Shown: piece by piece, positions 1-6,610 of the stretch
How the letters are laid out: every line of letters begins with the position of its first letter
Numbering within the stretch: the stretch's first letter is position 1
NCBI GenBank assembly: GCA_031367385.1
Contig: JANLPS010000249.1
Span: 1 to 15,318, forward strand
Length of the DNA stretch: 15,318 nucleotides
Direction: 5' to 3'
Source: Archangium sp.
GTDB taxonomy: Bacteria; Myxococcota; Myxococcia; Myxococcales; Myxococcaceae
The notes under the pieces: generated by a model
Seen by the model: only the letters and a program-made list of their open reading frames with translations
Told to the model about the DNA's origin: nothing
The model's database searches: none
Position numbers and translations under genes: made by a program

Positions 1-528
1 GACTTCGCGGCCGCCACCTTCGACGGAGGGGGTATCGGCTTCGCCTCGAGCCTCAGCGAGACGCAGGACTTTTACATGATGCGCCCGGTGGCTGAGCCTG
101 ACCTGTGGGTCATCAGCACGGCGGGAGACGTGGTGCCAGCCATCGACAAAGCGCCCCTGTTCGCGATGGCGCCGATCGAGGTCATCACGCCCACATGCGA
201 CGAGAGCACCGGGTGCGGCGAGCTGCAGCTGCGCGATGACCTGAAGGTCACCTGGGCCGACGGAGGCACCGGCCGGGTGCAGGTCAAGCTCGAGACCCGC
301 TCCGATGGAAACGATTTCACCACGACGATCAGCGTGGCCTGCGACTACCGGGCCGTTGATCACGAAGCCGTGGTGCCCAAGTCAGTGCTGGCCCACTTCG
401 AGGCTTCGACCGGTACGTTGTCGATTGAAGCCGGTCGCACCACCAAGTTCTCGGCTGGCGACTACCGGGTGACCTTCACGAGCCACGTACCCGCGGTGTC
501 GGGCACCGTGAAGCTCCTGGCGCCCTGA
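1..528 (+). CDS. Hypothetical protein, 5'-truncated (beta-rich, Cys-containing, possibly exported)
   Basis: Frame 1 is open from base 1 (DFAAATFDGGGIGF...) through the 76..528 ORF to TGA at 526-528. Codons are mostly GC-ending. The true start probably lies upstream of the window. No family recognised. Confidence 0.7.
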   Translation, partial: DFAAATFDGGGIGFASSLSETQDFYMMRPVAEPDLWVISTAGDVVPAIDKAPLFAMAPIEVITPTCDESTGCGELQLRDDLKVTWADGGTGRVQVKLETRSDGNDFTTTISVACDYRAVDHEAVVPKSVLAHFEASTGTLSIEAGRTTKFSAGDYRVTFTSHVPAVSGTVKLLAP

Positions 529-552
529 AGGCCGGTCACCAGAGTGACCGTT

Positions 553-1206
553 TTAGTGGGCGAGCACGAGCTCCAGGAGCTGCGAGGGCTTCTCGATGAT
601 CTCATGGGCCTTCGCGCCCTCGAGCTCAGCGCGATCTCGAAAGCCCCACAGCACGCCAATCGCCCGCATGCCCGCGGCCCGCGCGACCTTCATGTCGACG
701 GCAGTGTCGCCCACGAAGCCGATGTTCGCCGGCAACACATTGAGCGCCAGCGCCATCTCGAAGGCCGCGGTCGGGTCGGGCTTGCGCGGCACGCCCTCAC
801 GTTCGCCCCGCACCTCGACGAAGGGAATGGTGGGAAACCGCAGCGCCACCAGCGCCTTGGTCAACGCATCGCGCTTGTTCGAGAGCACACCCATCGGCAC
901 TCTGCGCTTGGCCAACGCAGCGAGTGTCTCGTCGATGCCCGGGTAGGCGAAGGTCTTCGCATGCGCATGCTCAAGGTACTTGGCGTGGTAGGTGTCGAGC
1001 ACGGCCTGCACCGGCACCGTCGCCTGCGCTCCGACGGCGCGCTTGGCCAGCGTCGTGACGCCCTCGCCCACCATCAACCGGTACGCGTCTCGCGGGTGGG
1101 CAGGCAGCGAGTGAACCGCCAGCGCCGCGTTCATCGCATCGGCGATGTCAGCCAGCGAGTCAGCAAGGGTGCCATCGAGGTCGAAGATCAGGGCGTGCAC
1201 GGGCAT
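553..1206 (-). CDS. HAD-superfamily hydrolase (phosphoglycolate phosphatase-like)
   Basis: Motif I IFDLDGTLADS, motif II VLSNK, motif III RKPDP and motif IV FVGDTAVD. Start placed at ATG 1206 (MPVHALIFDLDGT), just before motif I. Confidence 0.93.
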   Translation of the reverse strand: MPVHALIFDLDGTLADSLADIADAMNAALAVHSLPAHPRDAYRLMVGEGVTTLAKRAVGAQATVPVQAVLDTYHAKYLEHAHAKTFAYPGIDETLAALAKRRVPMGVLSNKRDALTKALVALRFPTIPFVEVRGEREGVPRKPDPTAAFEMALALNVLPANIGFVGDTAVDMKVARAAGMRAIGVLWGFRDRAELEGAKAHEIIEKPSQLLELVLAH

Positions 1207-1264
1207 CGAAACGGCAAATACCCTGCGTGCAGCCGGTTGCACAGGTGAACGCCGGCCCACAGCC

Positions 1265-1762
1265 GTGCGCCTCCTGAAACCCCATGATTCTCATGAGAAA
1301 ATCAGTTGGTCCTCCGAGGCGCCGCCGCCTTCCATCGCAGCACAGCAAGAACAACGACTGGAGACCCGCAGGCTGGTCGACGACCTTCATTCGCTCAAAG
1401 CCCGAAAGCTCACTGGCATCGGGCTGATGGCCGGGGGCGCCGCGCTCCCCCTCGGCGTGGTCGCGCTCACTGAGCTCTTCTCGGGCCTCTTCGGCCTGGC
1501 GATCGGTGGCTCCAGCGGCCTCGCAGAAGGCCTCGCGTTAGGGCTGTTCGCGCTCGGGAGCCCCTTTGTCTTGCTCCCTGTGTTGCTCGGCGCGCTTGGC
1601 GTCGGCCTGGTGCTGGCGATCGTCGGCGTCGTGCTCTACGGCAGCGTTCGAGGGGCTCACCCGAACCTCGAGGCTGAGCTCGACACCGCGAATCAGCGCG
1701 AACAAGCCCTCGACAGGTCCGTCACTCCGGCAGCGGGTGGCGCGGTTATCTTCAAATTTTAG
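1265..1762 (+). CDS. Hypothetical glycine-rich membrane protein
   Basis: A long Gly/Leu/Ala hydrophobic tract (GIGLMAGG...VVLYG) is flanked by charged helical segments, and the protein ends VIFKF. The ORF-track start at 1145 overlaps the HAD gene, so the in-frame GTG at 1265 was chosen. The start is uncertain. Confidence 0.7.
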   Translation: MRLLKPHDSHEKISWSSEAPPPSIAAQQEQRLETRRLVDDLHSLKARKLTGIGLMAGGAALPLGVVALTELFSGLFGLAIGGSSGLAEGLALGLFALGSPFVLLPVLLGALGVGLVLAIVGVVLYGSVRGAHPNLEAELDTANQREQALDRSVTPAAGGAVIFKF

Positions 1763-1891
1763 GCGATCGCGGTCGCACATGATCGACCCCCCGACCTGAG
1801 ACTCCGCCCCCCACTGCTGCCGCGCGCGAGCACCAACGTGCCGAAAACACCAAGCTGCTCGGCGACGGCAATCGTGTAAGCCTCGGCCGAC

Positions 1892-2887
1892 GTGACGCTC
1901 ATCGTGCACCCCCATTTTCACCGCCGTCGCACCGGGGTCACTCGCCACGTCGAAGACATCGTCATCGGCCTTCAGCCCGAGGCCGTCGCGACCGGCAATT
2001 CACTGAGCCCGAGCGTGCCCAAGGCCTCGATGCTCAGCCTCTGGGCCCGCATGCGCCGCGAGCCAACCATCTGGCACGCCCACCGCCTCAATGAGCTCTA
2101 CCTTGGCCTCTTCTTTCGCCTGCTCCTGCCAGACACCGTCAAGGTCGTCTTCACCCGCCACGCCGGCGCGCGCCCCTCGAGGTGGACGCGCTTCTGGGCC
2201 CGCATGGCCGACCGGGTGATCGCCCTCACCTCCGAGGCACGCGGCACCCTCGCCCTCGACGAGGCGCGAATCATCGGTCACGGCGTCGACCTCGCGGTTT
2301 TCACGCCACCCCGCTCGCGGGTCGAGATGTGGTCAGCCCTCAATCTCGGAGCGCAACGCGGCATCGGCGTCATCGGCCGCATTCGCCCCGCCAAAGGCCA
2401 AGGCGATTTCGTCGAAGCCATCGCGCCCCTGCTCGAGCGGTTTCCCCAGTGGAAGGCGGTGCTGATCGGCCGCGGAGACGACTGGGCCGAGCGCCTCAAG
2501 GCCAAGACCGCCGGGGCCCTCGCGCTGGTCGACGAGCAAGAGAACATTCGGCCCTGGTATCAAGGCCTTTCGGTGCTCGTGCACCCCTCGCACAGCGAAG
2601 GGTTCTCACTGGTGCTGCTCGAGGCGATGGCCTCCGGGTGCTGTGTGATCGCAACCAGGCTCGCGTCGGTGCCCGACGTCATCACCCATGAAAAAACCGG
2701 CCTGCTCTACGAGCCCGGCGACGTGGGTGCCCTGCGAGCGCTCCTCGAGCGGGTGCTGGCCAACCCCGATGAGGCCGCCGCGTTGGGCGATGCCGCCCGC
2801 ACCGAGGTGGTGGCCCGCTTCGGGCTGGCGCACGAGACGCAGTCGCTCCGCGCGCTCTACGGCGAGCTTACGAATACAAAGCGTTGA
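1892..2887 (+). CDS. GT4 glycosyltransferase, LpcC-like (LPS core mannosyltransferase-like)
   Basis: GT-B signatures IGRIRPAKGQGDF and EGFSLVLLEAMASG (EX7E). N-terminal HPHFHRRRTGVT and WHAHRLNE resemble rhizobial LpcC motifs as recalled. GTG start. Confidence 0.88.
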   Translation: MTLIVHPHFHRRRTGVTRHVEDIVIGLQPEAVATGNSLSPSVPKASMLSLWARMRREPTIWHAHRLNELYLGLFFRLLLPDTVKVVFTRHAGARPSRWTRFWARMADRVIALTSEARGTLALDEARIIGHGVDLAVFTPPRSRVEMWSALNLGAQRGIGVIGRIRPAKGQGDFVEAIAPLLERFPQWKAVLIGRGDDWAERLKAKTAGALALVDEQENIRPWYQGLSVLVHPSHSEGFSLVLLEAMASGCCVIATRLASVPDVITHEKTGLLYEPGDVGALRALLERVLANPDEAAALGDAARTEVVARFGLAHETQSLRALYGELTNTKR

Positions 2888-2918
2888 ATTCTGCCCGGCA
2901 GCGCGTGAAACAAAGCCC

Positions 2919-3539
2919 ATGCCTGAAAAAGCCGACAAGCCCACCATCACTGTCTGGTCTGATTACGTCTGCCCCTGGTGCTACGTCGGCTTGACCGAGG
3001 TCGAGAAGCTCCGCGCCGCGTGGGACTTCGCGATCGAGTGGAAGCCCTTCATGTTGCGGCCCGAGACGCCCGATGAAGGCATGGAGCTGCCAGCATACAT
3101 TCGCGAGAAGATGGCCGACCCGAACAACCCGCTCACCGCGCGGGCCCGCTCGCTTGGCATCACCATCAACCAGCGAGAGCGAATACCCTCGTCGCGGCGG
3201 GCCCACGAGGCCACTGAATACGCGCGCTCGAAGGGCAAGATCGACGCCTTTCACCACGCGGTGCTCGAGCGTTACTGGTCGAAGAGCGAAGACCTGCATG
3301 ACTGGGCCGTGCTCAAGGCCGCTGCTATCGAGGCCGGGCTCGACGCTGATGAGATGCAGCGCGAAGTCGACGCCGGCACCTGGAGGAAACCGGTGCTCGC
3401 GGGCATCGAGGCCGGTGCCGAAATCGGCGTCAACGCGGTGCCGACCTTCATCGTCGGCAACCGCTTCGTCATTCAAGGCGCGCAGCAGGGCAGCGTGTTC
3501 GCTCAAGCCTTCGAGCGGCTCGGAGCGGCCCCTCGATAG
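2919..3539 (+). CDS. DsbA-family oxidoreductase (FrnE-like, thioredoxin fold)
   Basis: WSDYVCPWCYVG active site, C-terminal GVNAVPTF cis-Pro loop and IQGAQ. The ATG at 2919 follows the GT stop by 31 bp. No signal peptide. Confidence 0.92.
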   Translation: MPEKADKPTITVWSDYVCPWCYVGLTEVEKLRAAWDFAIEWKPFMLRPETPDEGMELPAYIREKMADPNNPLTARARSLGITINQRERIPSSRRAHEATEYARSKGKIDAFHHAVLERYWSKSEDLHDWAVLKAAAIEAGLDADEMQREVDAGTWRKPVLAGIEAGAEIGVNAVPTFIVGNRFVIQGAQQGSVFAQAFERLGAAPR

Positions 3540-3545
3540 CACCCC

Positions 3546-3860
3546 ATGAGCACCAGCGACCTCAAGCGGCAAATGTCGACCAGCGCGGCGATGGAGGCCG
3601 AGCTCAACAAAGAGAAGGCCTCCGCCCTGGGCCGCACCGCGCGCAAGCTCGAGGCGCTGCTCGACCGCTGCAGCTCGCTCAAGGTGTTGCTCGCATCGAC
3701 GACCGGGTATCAACGTGAGCTCTTGCTGACCGAGTACCGCGACTGCCGAAAAGAGTCAGAGACCCAGCGGTGGTACCTGTATGTTCAGCGCGAGGCCCTC
3801 GGGCTTAGACGCCACGACGATGTCGACGCCATTTACCCCAGGCCTCCGGTCATTTCGTAA
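3546..3860 (+). CDS. Small helical protein, DUF6665-like
   Basis: EKASALGR...KLE and W...VQREALGLR...Y..P pattern recalled for DUF6665. Starts 6 bp after the DsbA stop. Confidence 0.72.
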   Translation: MSTSDLKRQMSTSAAMEAELNKEKASALGRTARKLEALLDRCSSLKVLLASTTGYQRELLLTEYRDCRKESETQRWYLYVQREALGLRRHDDVDAIYPRPPVIS

Positions 3861-4755
3861 CGCGCAGCTCGCGCTCGGCCTGATCTGTCTCGCATCGAGC
3901 CCCGCGCTCGCGCTCGATAAGCAAGGCAGCGCCCACGGTGGCAGCGTCGAGGGCGAAGACAGGGGCTTCGGTATTTCAGGGGCCTTGATGCTCGGCGCGG
4001 CCGTCTACAACCCGAGCTACGCCGCGAGACCCGACAACACCGGGCTGACGTTGCTGCGCTATGGCGCCCACTTCGACGTCGATCTGCTCGGCCGGCTGCT
4101 CTCGATACCCATCGACGTGAACTTCTTCACCGATCGCGAGCGCGCCGGCATTTTGCTCATCGCGCCGACCGAGTTCGATTTCATCACCGGAGTCACCACC
4201 ACCCTCGACACCGGCCCCGGCGCGGTCGAGCTCGGGGTGCGCGTCGAGCATGACCGGCCCATCGACACCGGCACCTTCACCCAGACCTACGTCGATGCGC
4301 GGGCTCGTTACCTGTACTCCTTGGCAGCCCTCTGGCCCCGCTTGGCTGACACGCTGCACAAGGGAGACATCGCCGGCTGGGCCACCCTGGGTGTCTTCGC
4401 GATCAACCCGACGTACGCGGCCCGGCCTGACAACACGGGGTTGGCGCTCTTTCGATACGCCCTGCACACCGAGCTGTCGACCTTCGATGATCTGCTGTCG
4501 CTCGGGCTCGACGCGACGTTGTTCACTGATCGCCAGAGCGCAATCGTCGTCGCTCCGAGTGAAATCGACTTCACCGCCGAGATCATTCTGCACAAGTGGG
4601 ACTTCGAGCTGCACCTCGCCTACGAGCGCGACATGCCGATCGACAGGCCAGGGCTGGTTCAGCAGTTCGCCTACGTGCTCGCGGTGTGGAGCTTCGATTT
4701 GAAGAGCCTGCGGCCCAAGCCCTTCTCGCACCGCAACGTGCCCGCCTCGCCCTGA
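3820..4755 (+). CDS. Putative exported/outer-membrane beta-barrel protein with internal tandem duplication
   Basis: From ATG 3820 there is a signal-peptide-like N terminus (...RSFRNAQLALGLICLASSPALA|LDK), followed by amphipathic beta strands and two homologous halves each containing NPxYAARPDNTGL. Overlaps the upstream gene by 41 bp. Confidence 0.8.
   Translation: MSTPFTPGLRSFRNAQLALGLICLASSPALALDKQGSAHGGSVEGEDRGFGISGALMLGAAVYNPSYAARPDNTGLTLLRYGAHFDVDLLGRLLSIPIDVNFFTDRERAGILLIAPTEFDFITGVTTTLDTGPGAVELGVRVEHDRPIDTGTFTQTYVDARARYLYSLAALWPRLADTLHKGDIAGWATLGVFAINPTYAARPDNTGLALFRYALHTELSTFDDLLSLGLDATLFTDRQSAIVVAPSEIDFTAEIILHKWDFELHLAYERDMPIDRPGLVQQFAYVLAVWSFDLKSLRPKPFSHRNVPASP
3964..4698 (+). repeat. 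Intragenic protein-level duplication: unit 1 ~3964-4311, unit 2 ~4363-4698
   Basis: Collinear motifs NP(S/T)YAARPDNTGL (4009 and 4405, offset 396 nt), RY..H, LLS, FTDR, AP(T/S)E(F/I)DF and E(H/R)D(R/M)PID. Confidence 0.92.
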
Positions 4756-4810
4756 AGACCCGTCACCTCGCGAGCAGTCGTTCTGGCCTGTAACGCCTGG
4801 GTCGAGCACC

Positions 4811-5209
4811 TTAGCAGAGCAGCGAGACTTCGAATTCGTCTGAGCCCTTGATGCGCTGGCGGCCCGCGAACCCCGACTCGAGGTCATGCCAGAACGAGAT
4901 CTCGGTCTCGGGAAATCGCCAGCACAGGTTCACCAGCCGGCCGTCGCGGGTCGCATGAAAATCGACCAGCCCATCGGCTGACTTTACGTCGAGCCCGAGC
5001 TCTTCGAGCGGCTTGAGCAAGCGCTCGACCTGGCGGGTCAAGGTGCTGCGCTCTTCGAGCAGCTCGGTGTCATTCGGTCGGCCGCGCTCGAGGGCCTCGA
5101 GCACCGTTCGCAACCGGGTGACCACCGGCATCGCCGCTTCGAACGTGCGTTGAAGCAACGGCACCAACGAGTTTGCTTCTTCAAGACCGAACAGGCGCTC
5201 TTGCGTCAC
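4811..5209 (-). CDS. DUF2203 domain-containing protein
   Basis: F.LEEAN.L.P start and the GLVDF...LCWR..E..I.FWH....GFAGR..I signature of DUF2203. Confidence 0.9.
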   Translation of the reverse strand: MTQERLFGLEEANSLVPLLQRTFEAAMPVVTRLRTVLEALERGRPNDTELLEERSTLTRQVERLLKPLEELGLDVKSADGLVDFHATRDGRLVNLCWRFPETEISFWHDLESGFAGRQRIKGSDEFEVSLLC

Positions 5210-5247
5210 GAGGCGAGAACTGAACGCAAAGCCACGCCGAACACCAG

Positions 5248-5865
5248 TTAGTAACTGACCCCCACCGCCAGACCTACATCGACGCCGCGCACCAGGGGGT
5301 TGATGACCGAGCCCTCAACGATGATCGCCAGGCTGAAGACGTGGCTCGGGTGCATGATGCCGAGGCGGCCGCGAATGATCAGGTCCCAGAACGTGCGGCT
5401 GGGCTCGAGGGGCGCCGCGTCGACCCGATAGAACCCCGCGAACGCCGCCACCGCCAGTGACACCACCAGCGACGCATGCGCGACCTGGGTCTGTGGGTTG
5501 AGCGCCCCTTCGGCACGGCCGAACTTGAGCGATGGCCCGGCCGCCATGCGAAACGCAAACGGCAGAATGTCGCACGGTACCCCCACTGGCTCGCACGACG
5601 GGCCGAACAGGCGCGCCACGGTGACGTCGACCCCCGGGGTGAGCACCCACCCCGTCGCCTCATTGGTCAGGCCCTCACGAATGGTACCGAAGGGCCGCCC
5701 CAACGAGGCGCCCAGCCCAGCCAGGGGTGTCCTCCCACCCAGCGCCAACCCCTCGATCGTCCATGACACGGGGTCCCACCGCAGGTCGCGGGCGTCGGCC
5801 GTCGAACCCGCTGAGCCGCTAACCAGCGCGAGCACAATGACAAGAGTCGACAGCGGGGTCGGCAT
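5248..5865 (-). CDS. Hypothetical exported protein, possible small outer-membrane beta-barrel
   Basis: ATG 5865 gives a signal-peptide-like MPTPLSTLVIVLALVSGSAGS. Alternating hydrophobic strands follow, and the C terminus VDVGLAVGVSY ends in an aromatic residue. Confidence 0.68.
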   Translation of the reverse strand: MPTPLSTLVIVLALVSGSAGSTADARDLRWDPVSWTIEGLALGGRTPLAGLGASLGRPFGTIREGLTNEATGWVLTPGVDVTVARLFGPSCEPVGVPCDILPFAFRMAAGPSLKFGRAEGALNPQTQVAHASLVVSLAVAAFAGFYRVDAAPLEPSRTFWDLIIRGRLGIMHPSHVFSLAIIVEGSVINPLVRGVDVGLAVGVSY

Positions 5866-5911
5866 CGGTGCACACGATACATCGGGCGGTCGTTTGTGCG
5901 TGAGGTGATGC

Positions 5912-5939
5912 CTTGACAGCGCAAAAAGCTGTCTCATCT
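5912..5939 (+). promoter_or_regulatory. Putative sigma-32 (RpoH)-like promoter of the Hsp20 gene
   Basis: CTTGAC (5912-5917), 14 nt spacer, TCTCATCT (5932-5939), compared with consensus CTTGAA-N13-17-CCCCATNT. Lies about 60 bp upstream of a small heat-shock protein gene. RBS GGAG at 5991-5994. Confidence 0.55.
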
Positions 5940-6001
5940 TTTGTCTACGCGCGAGGCGATGGTCGCTCCCGCCCACAACCCTTCGTACCTGGAGAAAAGC
6001 C

Positions 6002-6418
6002 ATGAACGTCGTTCGCTACAACACCAATTTCCCGACCCTCTTTGACTCGTTCTTTCGCGAATTCGAAGCCCCCGAGGCCGAGCGTGCCTTCACCCCGAAG
6101 GCCGACGTGACCGAAACCGAGAAGGCGATCGAGATTCACCTCGACATGCCCGGCGTCAACCCCGACGAGATTGAAGTGAAGCTCGATGAGAACGTGCTCA
6201 CCGTCTCGACCGATCGAAAGCTGAGCGCCGAGACCGAGAAGAACCGCTACCTTCGCCAGGAGCGACACTTCGGCAAGTTCACCCGCTCGTTCACCTTGCC
6301 GAACACCGTCGATGGCACCAAGCCTGACGCGGCCTACCGGCATGGCGTGCTGACGCTGACGCTGCCGAAGAAAGAAGAAGTGCAGCCGAAGACGTTCAAG
6401 GTTCGCGTCGCGGCGTAA
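6002..6418 (+). CDS. Hsp20/alpha-crystallin family small heat-shock protein
   Basis: P.ADV.ET, DMPGV, ERHFGKFTRSFTLP and AAYRHGVLTLTLPK motifs, plus a C-terminal VRV (IxI/V) motif and a good RBS. Confidence 0.97.
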   Translation: MNVVRYNTNFPTLFDSFFREFEAPEAERAFTPKADVTETEKAIEIHLDMPGVNPDEIEVKLDENVLTVSTDRKLSAETEKNRYLRQERHFGKFTRSFTLPNTVDGTKPDAAYRHGVLTLTLPKKEEVQPKTFKVRVAA

Positions 6419-6444
6419 CGGGCGCGCAGGCCTGGGTTTGCTCC

Positions 6445-6472
6445 ACACCCACCCAGGACATCGGGTGGGTGT
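6445..6472 (+). terminator. Stem-loop downstream of Hsp20 (probable terminator)
   Basis: Perfect 10-bp stem ACACCCACCC / GGGTGGGTGT with an 8-nt loop, 26 bp after the stop. The U-tract is weak (TCTGATGT). Confidence 0.65.
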
Positions 6473-6576
6473 TCTGATGTAGGGCCCCAATGGAGTCATT
6501 TAGCCCCGACAAATCGCCTCACGCTGCGTTTTGCCCCTTTCGTGCTTTCTAACACTGCGTAGTTTGGCCCTCCTGC

Positions 6577-6593
6577 TGGGCACACCGCGTGCT
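6577..6593 (+). promoter_or_regulatory. Candidate sigma-54 -24/-12 promoter
   Basis: TG-GG-CACACCGCGT-GC-T has exact GG-N10-GC spacing with a GGCAC core and sits upstream of an operon encoding a sigma-54 activator. Caveat: the predicted +1 (~6604) falls within the GGAGG RBS. Confidence 0.5.
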
Positions 6594-6610
6594 CACGATT
6601 CGGAGGCTCC

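Noticed and set aside
544..1248. 234-aa + strand ORF, in frame with the upstream CDS across its TGA (possible readthrough or selenocysteine)
   Set aside because: It is the antisense shadow of the HAD gene, with Arg/His-rich non-protein-like composition and no redox-motif context at the TGA.
1828..1843. Minus-strand CGGCACGTTGGTGCT resembling a sigma-54 promoter
   Set aside because: The spacing is GG-N9-GC rather than the required N10, and it points antisense into a gene.
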